A stretch of DNA of 64,000 nt from Candidatus Merdivicinus intestinavium (lineage in GTDB: Bacteria > Bacillota > Clostridia > Oscillospirales > Ruminococcaceae). Positions 1 to 8,749 of this stretch are shown piece after piece. Where the stretch lies: the NCBI GenBank assembly GCA_018713245.1, contig DVFM01000034.1:3835-67834 (forward strand), given 5' to 3'. Every line of letters begins with the position of its first letter. Within the stretch, counting starts at the first letter, position 1. Under the pieces are notes generated by a model. The model saw only the letters and a list, made by a program, of their open reading frames with translations. It was not told where the DNA came from and did not search any database. The translations under genes were made by a program, and so were the position numbers.

Positions 1-252
1 GCCCAGCAGCGGGGCCAGGAAGCCGAAGGGGCGGGAAAGAAGCTCCCCCGCCCGGGTGAGGGAGAGAAAATCCGAAAAGGCGAGGAATAAAAATAACGAG
101 GGGATCACCGAACGGGCGCAGAGGGCGAGCCCTTCCCGGACGCCTTCGGCCGCTTCGCCGCCGCGGGCCAGCAGGAGAAGCCCCAGAAAGAGGCAGCCGC
201 TGCACAGAAGGACGTCTGTGAGCGTTGCCCTGACCAATTTGTAGCGTTTCAT
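1..252 (-). CDS. YlbJ-like sporulation integral membrane protein (nucleoside-recognition/Gate-domain type), N-terminal fragment running off the window
   Basis: Not in the ORF track because there is no stop in the window. Minus-strand ATG at 252 overlaps the stop of the upstream yqfC-like gene (ATGA). Frame stays open to position 1: MKRYKLVRATLTDVLLCSGCLFLGLLLLARGGEAAEGVREGLALCARSVIPSLFLFLAFSDFLSLTRAGELLSRPFGFLAPLLG. The G-x-GL-x-LC-xx-VIPSLF block resembles YlbJ/Gate-domain N-termini. Confidence 0.5.
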   Translation of the reverse strand, partial: MKRYKLVRATLTDVLLCSGCLFLGLLLLARGGEAAEGVREGLALCARSVIPSLFLFLAFSDFLSLTRAGELLSRPFGFLAPLLG

Positions 253-599
253 CTGCGCGCCTCCTTCCGGCGGGGGAGGGGCTCCAGTTCCAGCGAACGG
301 ATATCCCCCGTCACGGTCAGCGTGTAGGCGGAAAAATCCATCGTCCGAAGGCCGCTGCCGAGGATTGTGAGCACCGTCTCCCCGAGCTTTAAGCGGATGA
401 TATTTTCGTCGCAGGCCAGCACCCCGGTGCAGCCGTCGATATCCAGCACCCGTCCGCCCCGCAGCTGGAGGGAAGGCCCGGTCAGCTCCTCCTCCGCGCC
501 GCGGAGCGCGCTGAGAAGGGAGGGCCGTTTCGCCCGGGACGGCTGATAGCGGTACCCTTCCGGGAACCGGTTGCGGTTTTTCTTGCTGTTCAAGGCCAT
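249..599 (-). CDS. YabP/YqfC-family sporulation protein
   Basis: 116-aa ORF. LQLRGGRVLDIDGCTGVLACDENIIRLKLGETVLTILGSGLRTMDFSAYTLTVTGDIRSLEL fits the YabP/YqfC pattern. GGAAGGGG lies just upstream of the ATG. Next to yqfD. Confidence 0.75.
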   Translation of the reverse strand: MALNSKKNRNRFPEGYRYQPSRAKRPSLLSALRGAEEELTGPSLQLRGGRVLDIDGCTGVLACDENIIRLKLGETVLTILGSGLRTMDFSAYTLTVTGDIRSLELEPLPRRKEARR

Positions 600-623
600 C
601 GCCCCTTCCGTTTGGTTACTGCA

Positions 624-652
624 TTATATTCCGCCGGCGGGGCGCATATACA
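624..652 (+). promoter_or_regulatory. Candidate sigma-E-type promoter for yqfD
   Basis: TTATATT, 14 nt, CATATACA, ending about 20 nt before ATG 673. Partial match to the sigma-E consensus as I recall it (xxATAxx-14-CATACAxT). Confidence 0.3.
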
Positions 653-672
653 TGGACGGTGGAGGTGATGGC

Positions 673-1908
673 ATGGGTTGGTGTTTTCCCGTGGTGCGGT
701 TTCGGGTGGTCAGGGGGGAGCCCCAGGGGTTCCTGGACGCCGTGCGGCGCGAGGGGCTGCCGCTGCGCCGGTTTGGCCGGGGGGCGGACGGAATGGCGGG
801 GGAAATCCCCCTGCGGCATTACCGCCGTCTCGCCCGCCTGGCCGGGGAAAACGGGGCGGTGCTGCGGGTGTCGGAGCGGCGGGGCGTCTGGTTCCGGCTG
901 CGGCGGTACCGGAAGCGGCTGGGGCTGGCGGCGGGGGCGGCGCTCTTTCTGGGGGTCACGGTGTTCGGCCAGTCCTTCCTCTGGGCCATCGATGTGGTCC
1001 CCACGGAAAACGTCACCGAGCAGCAGGTGCTGGATGTCCTGGCCCGCCACGGCGTCACCATCGGCGCCTACCTGCCCGGCACCGACCTGGAGGAGGCGGC
1101 GCTTCTGGCGAAGCTGGAGCTGCCCGGCCTCGCCTTCTTCGCCCTGAACCGCGTCGGCAGCCGCATCCAGGTGGAAATGGCCGACTCCGTGGACCCGCCG
1201 GAGGACCGGAATCCCGACGGGATCTGCAACGTGGTGGCCTCCCGCAGCGGCATTATCCGGTCGGTGGAAGCCTATTCGGGCCAGCAGATGGTAAAGCCCG
1301 GCCAGAGCGTTGCCGCCGGGATGCTGCTGGTCAGCGGCATCATCGAAAACCGGGACGGCAATATGCTTTACGTCCACGCCGACGCCAAAGTCATGGCCGA
1401 AACGGAGGTCTCCCGCACCTTCTCCATCCCCCTTTCCTACACCGAGCGGGAAATGACCGGCGAGACCAAAACCCGCTACCGGCTGGATTTGTTCGGGAAA
1501 AAGTGGCCGCTGTTCCTGGCTGCGCCGGAAAAATCGCCCTGCGAAAGCGAACGGGTGCTTTATGAGCCGCAGCTGGGGCCCTTTACCCTCCCGGTCGGCG
1601 TGGAGCGGGAAACCCTGTCCTATTACCGGGAATCCGAAAGGGAGCGGACGGAGGAGGAAGCCCTCCTCCTGCTGCGGCAGATGGCGGAGGAATACGGGGA
1701 GGAGCTGGAAAAAAGCGGCGCGCAGCTGCTGTCCGCCGAAGAAAGCGCCCGGACGGAGGGCGGGAAAATGGAGCTGACGGCGGTCTATACCCTGCTGGAG
1801 GACATCGCAAAGCCCCAGCCCATCCGGACCGGGGAAACGCTTCGGAAAACGGAGGAGAATCAAGGAACTCTGCAAAGGGCTGAGGACGGCGGCCGCCAAT
1901 TGGGTTAA
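673..1908 (+). CDS. yqfD: Sporulation protein YqfD (stage IV)
   Basis: Track ORF is 571-1908. Start moved to ATG 673, preceded by GGAGGTGAT. One TM helix (LGLAAGAALFLGVTVF), then the YqfD-type region (...RSGIIRSVEAYSGQQMVKPGQSVAAGMLLVSGIIE...). Confidence 0.8.
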   Translation: MGWCFPVVRFRVVRGEPQGFLDAVRREGLPLRRFGRGADGMAGEIPLRHYRRLARLAGENGAVLRVSERRGVWFRLRRYRKRLGLAAGAALFLGVTVFGQSFLWAIDVVPTENVTEQQVLDVLARHGVTIGAYLPGTDLEEAALLAKLELPGLAFFALNRVGSRIQVEMADSVDPPEDRNPDGICNVVASRSGIIRSVEAYSGQQMVKPGQSVAAGMLLVSGIIENRDGNMLYVHADAKVMAETEVSRTFSIPLSYTEREMTGETKTRYRLDLFGKKWPLFLAAPEKSPCESERVLYEPQLGPFTLPVGVERETLSYYRESERERTEEEALLLLRQMAEEYGEELEKSGAQLLSAEESARTEGGKMELTAVYTLLEDIAKPQPIRTGETLRKTEENQGTLQRAEDGGRQLG

Positions 1909-1998
1909 AGCGCATCGGCGGCGTTTTGGGCGGAATCGCGGCGTTTGCGGCAAACCTCCGGATTTGCTATACTGGAAGCAGACGAAGGAGGTTTTAAT

Positions 1999-2640
1999 GT
2001 GAAAAAGATCGGCCGGCTCTGCCGGGAATACGGTCCGAGAGGGTTGCTGCTTGTGGGCGGGGCCGCGGTGCTCGCCTTCGGCCTTTACAACATCCACAGC
2101 CAGTGCGACATTACGGAAGGCGGCGTGCTGGGCGCGCTGCTGCTCATCGAGCATTGGCTTCCCATATCCCCCGCCGTCAGCAGCGTGGTGCTCAACGCGG
2201 CGTGCTACGGCTTCGGGCTGCGGTATCTGGGCAAGTCCTTTGCAGTGTGCTCCGTTATTGCGACGGGGAGCTTTACGCTCTTTTACGCGCTGTTTGAGCT
2301 TTTCCCGCCTCTGCTTCCGGATTTGAGCGGCTATCCGCTTCTGGCGGCGGTGCTGGGGGGATGCTTTGTCGGCGTGGGCGTCGGGATGTCGGTGCGGGCC
2401 GGCGGCGCTTCCAGCGGCGACGATGCGCTGGCCATGGCCATTTCCAAAATCACCGGCTGCCGGGTTTCCCGGGTTTATGTGGTTTCGGATTTTCTGGTGC
2501 TGCTGCTCTCCCTGAGCTACATCCCGGTGCAGCGGATCCTGTTTTCCCTGCTGACAGTGACCATTTCTTCCTTCCTCATCGACCGGTTCCAGAAGCGCCC
2601 GCAGAAGGCCGCCCCGGCGGAAAGCTGCGGCACGGAATGA
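1999..2640 (+). CDS. YitT-family integral membrane protein
   Basis: Track ORF is 1945-2640. GTG 1999 is preceded by GAAGGAGG. Polytopic membrane protein with YitT-like blocks (GGxxSGDDALAMAISK). Confidence 0.65.
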   Translation: MKKIGRLCREYGPRGLLLVGGAAVLAFGLYNIHSQCDITEGGVLGALLLIEHWLPISPAVSSVVLNAACYGFGLRYLGKSFAVCSVIATGSFTLFYALFELFPPLLPDLSGYPLLAAVLGGCFVGVGVGMSVRAGGASSGDDALAMAISKITGCRVSRVYVVSDFLVLLLSLSYIPVQRILFSLLTVTISSFLIDRFQKRPQKAAPAESCGTE

Positions 2641-2650
2641 GCATATCAAG

Positions 2651-2696
2651 AAAAATACCCGCCGTCGGGAAAATCTCCCGGCGGCGGGCGTTTTAT
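2651..2696. terminator. Bidirectional intrinsic terminator between convergent YitT and HD genes
   Basis: 13-bp GC-rich stem, CCCGCCGTCGGGA (2658-2670) with TCCCGGCGGCGGG (2676-2688). Flanked by an A-run on the left and a T-run on the right. Confidence 0.6.
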
Positions 2697-3217
2697 ACGG
2701 TTTCGGAATGGGTTCGTGGGGCGCGCAGCGCATCTCCGCACAGCTTTTTGAGGCGGCGGTAGCGGTGCTTCCAAAGAGTTTCCGCCAGGCCGCACCCCTT
2801 GTCCACCAGACAGACCAGCAGCCCCTCCCGGCACAGCGGGGGGATGGGGGTCAGGGGGAACATGTGCCGGCGGATGATTTCCGCTTCAATCCGGTTGGCG
2901 CGCCAGTCCCTGCGGACGTTGCGCAGGGCAAAGGCGGGGTGGCGGAAGCCGTGGAACCGGTGGCCGGGATCCGGGTCGTGCCAGTCGTAGAGGAAATAGT
3001 CGTGGAGCAGCGCCCCGCTGACCAGGCTGCGGACCCGGCAGGCAATCCGCAGCCTGCGGGCCAGCCAGAGGCTGTAGTAGGCCACCGCAATGCAGTGCCA
3101 CAGGGTAGTGGTGTCGCCGTGCTGGGTAAATCCGTCCATCCGGAGCAGGCTTGTGTTGGCCGACACATGGGCCAGCATCCGGTTGAAAAGGGCGAGCTCC
3201 TCGGAAGTCAGCTGCAT
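2693..3217 (-). CDS. HD-domain phosphohydrolase
   Basis: Track ORF is 2693-3232. ATG 3217 is preceded by GGGGAGG. H...HD pattern present (TQHGD..., GALLHDYF). Sits 17 nt downstream of the hisS stop, so probably co-transcribed. Confidence 0.7.
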   Translation of the reverse strand: MQLTSEELALFNRMLAHVSANTSLLRMDGFTQHGDTTTLWHCIAVAYYSLWLARRLRIACRVRSLVSGALLHDYFLYDWHDPDPGHRFHGFRHPAFALRNVRRDWRANRIEAEIIRRHMFPLTPIPPLCREGLLVCLVDKGCGLAETLWKHRYRRLKKLCGDALRAPRTHSETV

Positions 3218-3233
3218 GACCCGCCTCCCCAAA

Positions 3234-4472
3234 TCACTGAGCCAGGGGCTTGGGCTCGCTGCTCTCTCCCAAAACGAGGAATGCGTCGAAGCCCTGCTCC
3301 TGAAGCCGGTTTAAGAACTTGCCCATCTTTTTGGGGCGGATGTAGACCGAGGCTTCCCAGCCTTCCGCGCGGAGCTCCTCCGCTTTCCGGAGGGCTTCGG
3401 TCCCTTCGCTTTCGCCGCAGAGGACGGCGGCGCGGCGGCGCTGTCCGGGGATGGAAAAGCCCTGGCTCTCGAGAATCTGGAAAATCCGCTCGAACCCGAT
3501 GGAAAATCCCACGGCGGGGACGTTTTCCCCGGTAAACTTGCCCACAAGCCCGTCGTACCGGCCGCCGCCGGCCACGGAGCCGCGGAATTTGTTGCTCTGA
3601 ATTTCAAAGACGGTGCCGGTGTAATACCCCTGCCCGCGGATGAGCAGCAGGTCAAAGACCACGTCGTATTTTCCGTCCGCCAGCCGGACGGAATCGTCCA
3701 GGATCCCCTTCAGCCGCGCGATGCTCTCCGGGTCGCCGCAGAGGGCTTCCGCCTGCTCCAGGGTGCAGCCGCCTTCCAGCAGCCTGCCGATCTGTTCCGC
3801 GGCGGCGGGGGAGACGGATTTTTCGGCAAGCTCCGCCAGCACCCCTTCCGTGCCGATTTTATCCCACTTGTCCAGGCTCACGCAGACGGTGTCCATCTGT
3901 TCCTCGGCCACCCCGGCGGTGCGCAGCACGCCCCGGAGCACCCGGCGGTCGTTGACCTTGACGGTAAAGCGGCCGATGTCCAGCTTTAACAGGGCGGCGG
4001 CGGTGGTTTGGATGAGCTCCAGCTCGCAAAGGGGGGAATCGCTGCCCAGGATGTCGATGTCGCACTGGACAAATTCCCGCATCCGGCCCTTCTGGGGGCG
4101 TTCGGCGCGGTAAGCCTTGTCAATCTGGATGCACTTGAAGGGGGTGGACAGCTTGGAGCGGTTGGCGGCGTAAAAGCGGCTCAGGGGGAGGGTCAGGTCG
4201 TAACGGAGCCCCAGATCCGCCAGATTCCGGTAGTCGCCGGCTTCCAGTGCGGCGTCCAGCTTCTCGCCGCGCTTCAGAATCTTGAACATGAGGTTTAAGT
4301 TGTCGCCGCCCTCGCTCTTTTCCAGGTTTTCCATATCCTCAATGGCGGGGGTCATAATCCGCTCAAATCCGGCGGAACGGTAGGTTTCCAGAATGATGCC
4401 CTGCAGATAATCCCGCAGAAGCGTCTGGCGCGGCAGGTAATCGGCCGTGCCTTTGACAGGCGTTGTTTTCAT
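3234..4472 (-). CDS. hisS: Histidine--tRNA ligase
   Basis: Start moved to ATG 4472 (MKTTPVKGTADYLP), preceded by AAGGATGGAG. HisRS-type blocks present: AYRAERPQKGRMREFVQCD, RGQGYYTGTVFE, GGGRYDGL. Confidence 0.85.
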   Translation of the reverse strand: MKTTPVKGTADYLPRQTLLRDYLQGIILETYRSAGFERIMTPAIEDMENLEKSEGGDNLNLMFKILKRGEKLDAALEAGDYRNLADLGLRYDLTLPLSRFYAANRSKLSTPFKCIQIDKAYRAERPQKGRMREFVQCDIDILGSDSPLCELELIQTTAAALLKLDIGRFTVKVNDRRVLRGVLRTAGVAEEQMDTVCVSLDKWDKIGTEGVLAELAEKSVSPAAAEQIGRLLEGGCTLEQAEALCGDPESIARLKGILDDSVRLADGKYDVVFDLLLIRGQGYYTGTVFEIQSNKFRGSVAGGGRYDGLVGKFTGENVPAVGFSIGFERIFQILESQGFSIPGQRRRAAVLCGESEGTEALRKAEELRAEGWEASVYIRPKKMGKFLNRLQEQGFDAFLVLGESSEPKPLAQ

Positions 4473-4512
4473 TGAATCTCCATCCTTCGTTTTATGTAGT
4501 CGGTATATTCCC

Positions 4513-4542
4513 ATGATACCTTAAAACGCCGGCCCTTGTCAA
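4513..4542 (-). promoter_or_regulatory. Candidate sigma-A promoter of hisS
   Basis: Minus strand reads TTGACA (4542-4537), 18 nt, TATCAT (4518-4513). The leader to the ATG is only about 40 nt. Confidence 0.45.
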
Positions 4543-4603
4543 GGCTTCTGCGGAAGCCGGGCGGAAGAAGGGGCGCCTTTTCCGGTTTTCGGGAGCCGGG
4601 CAC

Positions 4604-4631
4604 GGAAAAAGGGCAGGCGCAGGGCCTGCCC
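4604..4631 (-). terminator. Intrinsic terminator after galE
   Basis: GGGCAGGC / GCCTGCCC stem with a 5-nt loop, followed on the minus strand by TTTTT. Begins 13 nt after the galE stop. Confidence 0.7.
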
Positions 4632-4644
4632 TCGTTGGCGGGAA

Positions 4645-5652
4645 TTATGCGTTCTGAGAGGATTTTACCGTAAAGTTCCAGGAATCCGCGCACATCTCCT
4701 CGATGCCCATGGCCGCTTCCCAGCCCAGGACCTCTTTTGCCTTGGTGGGGTCGGCGTAGCACTCGGCGATGTCTCCCGGGCGGCGGGGCGCGATTTTGTA
4801 GTTCACCTTGCGGCCGCTGGCCTTTTCAAAGGCGGCAACCATCTGGAGCACCGAATAGCCGTGGCCGGTGCCCAGGTTGTAGGCGTCCACGCCGGCGTCT
4901 TTGCGGACCTTCGCCAGGGCTTTCAGATGGCCTTTGGCCAGGTCGACCACATGGATGTAATCCCGCACGCCGGTTCCGTCGGGGGTGGGGTAGTCGTCGC
5001 CGTAAACAGACAGGCAGGGCAGCTCCCCGGCCGCCACCTTGGCGATGTAGGGCAGGAGGTTGTTGGGGATGCCGTTGGGGTCCTCGCCGATAAGGCCGCT
5101 CTTGTGGGCGCCGATGGGGTTGAAGTACCGCAGCAGGGCGATGCTCCAGTCTTTGTCCGCCACCCACAGGTCGCGCAGGATGCCCTCAATGTAGAGCTTG
5201 GTGGAGCCGTAGGGGTTGGTGGTGGTAAGGCGGGCGTCCTCCCGGATGGGGACGCTTTCCGGCGCGCCGTAAACGGTGGCGGAGGAGCTGAACACCAGCT
5301 TTTTCACCCCGTATTTTTCCATCAGTTCGCAGAGAATGAGGGTGCCGGTGATGTTGTTGTGATAGTAGCGCAGCGGCTGGGCGACGCTTTCGCCCACAGC
5401 CTTCAGTCCGGCGAAATGGATGACCGCGTCGATCTGGTTCTGGGCGAAAACCCGGTCCAGGCCCTCCCGGTCCAGCAGGTCCACTTCATAGAATTTGAAA
5501 TCCTTCCCGGTGATTTCCCGGATGCGCTCCAGCGCCTCCGGCTTGGAATTCACAAAATTATCCACAATGACGATTTCTTCGCCGCTCTCCAGCAGCTCCA
5601 CACAGGTGTGGGAGCCGATGTACCCGGCGCCGCCGGTTACCAGTACTGCCAT
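4645..5652 (-). CDS. galE: UDP-glucose 4-epimerase
   Basis: Start moved to ATG 5652 ([15 protein letters not shown]), preceded by GGGAGGA. Rossmann GxxGxxG motif, YGSTK catalytic motif, and full-length GalE-like sequence. Confidence 0.9.
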   Translation of the reverse strand: MAVLVTGGAGYIGSHTCVELLESGEEIVIVDNFVNSKPEALERIREITGKDFKFYEVDLLDREGLDRVFAQNQIDAVIHFAGLKAVGESVAQPLRYYHNNITGTLILCELMEKYGVKKLVFSSSATVYGAPESVPIREDARLTTTNPYGSTKLYIEGILRDLWVADKDWSIALLRYFNPIGAHKSGLIGEDPNGIPNNLLPYIAKVAAGELPCLSVYGDDYPTPDGTGVRDYIHVVDLAKGHLKALAKVRKDAGVDAYNLGTGHGYSVLQMVAAFEKASGRKVNYKIAPRRPGDIAECYADPTKAKEVLGWEAAMGIEEMCADSWNFTVKSSQNA

Positions 5653-5702
5653 ATCAATTCCTCCCTTTTCCATAGAAAGCATGTCGGCTTCTTACATTTA
5701 CC

Positions 5703-5731
5703 AGTATAAACGGAAAATTCCCGCCCGTCAA
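5703..5731 (-). promoter_or_regulatory. Candidate sigma-A promoter of galE
   Basis: Minus strand reads TTGACG (5731-5726), 17 nt, TATACT (5708-5703). Confidence 0.5.
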
Positions 5732-5862
5732 CGGATTGGGGGAATAATCCATATAAAAGCGAAAGATTAGCGGAGAAAAACGGAAGTGTCAAAGCCGGAC
5801 GGGGAAATTGGTATGGATTATAAAAATATTCAGAAAAGGTTCTACCCTTTTTGCCGTTTATA

Positions 5863-5871
5863 TGTTATAAT
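5863..5871 (+). promoter_or_regulatory. Extended -10 element (TGTTATAAT) upstream of the small ORF and M16 genes
   Basis: TGnTATAAT match. No good -35 hexamer. Confidence 0.35.
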
Positions 5872-5912
5872 AACAGTGCCTATGTGTAATTTGCCTCCGG
5901 GAGGAATGCGGG

Positions 5913-6062
5913 ATGGACGAAAAGGAAGAAGAGCTTTTTCCGGAAGCGGAGGAAGACTTACGTCAGAAAAAGAAAAAGGCGCCGGGCGGGATTGTGCTGA
6001 TTGCGGCAGGCGTCCTGCTCATTGCGGCGGCCGTGTTTTTATACTGGAGGATGCTCCGCTGA
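5913..6062 (+). CDS. Small single-pass membrane protein (49 aa), unannotated
   Basis: Too short for the ORF track. GGGAGGA lies 8 nt upstream of ATG 5913. Reads MDEKEEELFPEAEEDLRQKKKKAPGGIVLIAAGVLLIAAAVFLYWRMLR: an acidic N-terminus, a basic patch and one TM helix. The overlapping track ORF 5786-6127 is Arg/Gly-rich and less convincing. Confidence 0.4.
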   Translation: MDEKEEELFPEAEEDLRQKKKKAPGGIVLIAAGVLLIAAAVFLYWRMLR

Positions 6063-6105
6063 AAAAACCGGCCGGCGCGGTTAATGATAGAAAGGATGAA
6101 TCCGA

Positions 6106-7425
6106 TTGCATCAGGATTATCCCCTGAAACGGGAACAGATCGCGGACGGCGTTTATTTCGGCAGCATTGCCGACAGCCGTTTTAAAACCAATCTTTTGAC
6201 CTTGAACCTGACGGTGCCGCTTGCGCGGGAAACCGTCACGGAAAACGCGCTTTTGCCGCTGGTGCTGGAAAAATGCTGGGAGGAAGCGCCCACAAACCGG
6301 CAGCTTTCCAGGCAGCTGGCGCGGCTTTACGGCGCGTCGGTGGGGTCCGGCTCCATGAAGCTCGGCAATTCCCAGGTGCTGACCCTTTCCTACTCCGCCA
6401 TCGACAGCGCCTACGCCTTAAACGGCGAGGATCTTCTGGCGGAAGGGGCCCGCATCCTGACGGGGCTGCTTTTCCGGCCGGTTTTGAAAGACGGCCTGCT
6501 GGAGCCGGAAAACCTGGCCCTCCAGGTGCAGTACCTCATCGACTCCATCGAAGCGGAAATCAACGAAAAGCGCTCCTACGCGGTGGGGCAGACCATCAAG
6601 CGGATGTTTGAAGGGGAGCCCGCCGGGCTTCCGCGGCTGGGCTTTGCGGAGGACGCGCGGGGCATCACTCCCGCGTCGGAAACCGCCGCCTATGAGCGGG
6701 TGCTGCGGGAGGCGCAGGTGGAGATTCTCCACGTGGGGATGGGCGACCCTTCGGCGGCCCGGGAAATTTTTGCCGCGGCCTTTGCCGGAAAAGAGCGGCA
6801 GCCCGCCGGGCTGGTCCCTCTGGCCCTGGGAACCGCCCCCGGAACCCCCCGGCAGGAGACGGAGGAAAAGCCGGTGGCCCAGTCCAAGCTCTGCCTGGGC
6901 TTCCGCACCGGCGTGGACGCCCGCAGCCCCCGGCTCCCGGCCCTGCGGCTGATGTGCGCCGTGCTGGGCGGCTGCACCACCTCCAAACTCTTTCTGAACG
7001 TCCGGGAAAAGAGGAGCCTCTGTTATTACTGCGCCTCCCGCATCGACCGCATCCGCGGCATTATGCTCATCGACAGCGGCGTTGACCGGGAAAAGGTGGA
7101 GGAAGCGAAGGAGGCCATTCTGAACGAGCTGGAAGCGGTGCGCCGGGGGGATTTCACCGGGGAAGAGCTGGAATTCGCCCGCCTGAGCCTCCAGAATTCC
7201 TTCCGGTCGGTGGGGGATTCCGCGTCCGGGCTGGACTCCTTTTACCTGACCCAGACCCTGCTGGGCATCCCCGAAACGCCGGAGGACCAGGGGGAGCAGC
7301 TGGCCGGCGTCACCCGGGAAATGGTGATGGAAGCCGCCCGGGGCGTAACCCTTGACACGGTCTATCTGCTGACCGGCTCCGCATCCGGCGCGAAGGGAGG
7401 AAAATCAACATGCGAAAAACAGTAA
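6106..7425 (+). CDS. M16-family (insulinase-like) protein, non-catalytic subunit type (YfmF-like)
   Basis: 439 aa with a TTG start. M16 two-domain length and C-terminal blocks (SKLFLNVREKRSLCYYC). No HxxEH zinc motif anywhere in the protein. Confidence 0.75.
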   Translation: MHQDYPLKREQIADGVYFGSIADSRFKTNLLTLNLTVPLARETVTENALLPLVLEKCWEEAPTNRQLSRQLARLYGASVGSGSMKLGNSQVLTLSYSAIDSAYALNGEDLLAEGARILTGLLFRPVLKDGLLEPENLALQVQYLIDSIEAEINEKRSYAVGQTIKRMFEGEPAGLPRLGFAEDARGITPASETAAYERVLREAQVEILHVGMGDPSAAREIFAAAFAGKERQPAGLVPLALGTAPGTPRQETEEKPVAQSKLCLGFRTGVDARSPRLPALRLMCAVLGGCTTSKLFLNVREKRSLCYYCASRIDRIRGIMLIDSGVDREKVEEAKEAILNELEAVRRGDFTGEELEFARLSLQNSFRSVGDSASGLDSFYLTQTLLGIPETPEDQGEQLAGVTREMVMEAARGVTLDTVYLLTGSASGAKGGKSTCEKQ

Positions 7426-8702
7426 TCCGCAGCGAGCGGCTGGGGGAGGAATACCTGCGGCTGGAGCATGAATCCGGCCTCCGCATCCTGCTCTACCCCA
7501 TGAAGGGCTTTCGCACGGCTTACGCCGTTTTCGGGACCGATTACGGTTCCATTGACAACGAATTCCGGCTGGAAGGGGAGCGGGAGTTCCAGAAAGTGCC
7601 CGACGGCATCGCCCATTATCTGGAGCACAAGCTCTTTGAAAGCGAGGACGGCGACGCCTTTACCCTCTTTGCCCGCACCGGCGCCAGCGCCAACGCTTTT
7701 ACCTCCTTCGACAGGACCTGCTACGTTTTTTCCTGCACGGAGAACTTCGAGGAATCCTTCCGTTCCCTCCTCACCTTTGTCCAGGAGCCCTATTTTACTC
7801 CCGAAACGGTGGCCAAGGAACAGGGAATCATCGGCCAGGAAATCCGCATGTACGACGACAATCCCGGCTGGCGGGTGCTGTTTAACCTCCTGTCCGCCCT
7901 GTATGTCAATCATCCCATCCGCACCGACATCGCCGGAACGGTGGAGAGCATCGCCCAAATCACCGACAAGCTGCTCTACCGCTGCTACCGCGCTTTCTAT
8001 AATCTGTCCAACATGGCGGTGGCTGTGGCGGGGAATTTCGACCCCGCGGCGGCGGAGCGGATTCTGGAGGAGACGCTGAAGCCGCAGGCGCCGGTGAAAA
8101 TCGAGCGTCCCGCCGTCGATGAGCCGCCCCGGGCCGCCAAGCCGGAGGCGGTGCAGCGCCTGGACGTTTCGGAGCCGCTTTTCTATTTCGGCTATAAGCT
8201 CTCCCCGGACCCGGACCCCAGGCGGGAACTGCGGCATCAGGCGGTGCTCAATATCCTGTTGGACGTCCTGGCCGGCCCCGCCAGCGATTTTTACGAGGAA
8301 ATGAACCGCAAGGGGCTTCTGAACGCCGCCTTCGGGGCGGAGGTGTTCGGGGGGCGCGGCTATCTCGCCGCCCTTTTCGGAGGGGAATCCCGGGACCCGC
8401 GGGCCGTTTACGCGGCCTTCTGCCGGATGCTGGAAGAAAAGCAGCGGACCGGCCTGTCGGAGGAGGATTTCCTCTGCTGCAAAAACGCCCTTTACGGGCG
8501 GTCGCTCCGGGACATCAACGACGTGGAGGCGGCCGGCGACGCCCTGTTTGCTTATGAGCTGATGGGGCTGGGGCTGTTTGACCTGCCGGAGCTCATCGCG
8601 TCGGTGGAGCTTTCGGACCTGGAACGGTCGCTGCGGGAGGATTTCCGCCCCGACGCCCGGGCAATCTCCATCATCCTGCCCATGGATGCCGCTTCGGAAT
8701 GA
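7410..8702 (+). CDS. M16-family zinc peptidase, catalytic subunit type (YfmH-like)
   Basis: 430 aa. HxxEH motif present (GIAHYLEHKLFE). Overlaps the preceding M16 gene by 16 nt. Confidence 0.8.
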   Translation: MRKTVIRSERLGEEYLRLEHESGLRILLYPMKGFRTAYAVFGTDYGSIDNEFRLEGEREFQKVPDGIAHYLEHKLFESEDGDAFTLFARTGASANAFTSFDRTCYVFSCTENFEESFRSLLTFVQEPYFTPETVAKEQGIIGQEIRMYDDNPGWRVLFNLLSALYVNHPIRTDIAGTVESIAQITDKLLYRCYRAFYNLSNMAVAVAGNFDPAAAERILEETLKPQAPVKIERPAVDEPPRAAKPEAVQRLDVSEPLFYFGYKLSPDPDPRRELRHQAVLNILLDVLAGPASDFYEEMNRKGLLNAAFGAEVFGGRGYLAALFGGESRDPRAVYAAFCRMLEEKQRTGLSEEDFLCCKNALYGRSLRDINDVEAAGDALFAYELMGLGLFDLPELIASVELSDLERSLREDFRPDARAISIILPMDAASE

Positions 8703-8749
8703 CCGCGGGAACACCCCGGCGTCCGATTCGTCTGATAATTTTTTACTAG

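Noticed and set aside
616-2733. 705-aa minus-strand ORF spanning yqfD and the YitT gene
   Set aside because: Arg/Pro/Gly/Ala-rich composition typical of the antisense frame of GC3-rich genes. No start context. Opposite recognisable yqfD and YitT genes.
4473-4644. Possible T-box leader upstream of hisS
   Set aside because: The predicted promoter leaves only a ~40-nt leader. The rest of the gap is taken up by the galE terminator. There is no specifier or antiterminator architecture.
5786-6127. 113-aa plus-strand ORF in the galE / M16 gap
   Set aside because: Arg/Gly-rich with no RBS. A shorter ORF in another frame (5913-6062) has an RBS and a clean TM helix and is the better candidate.
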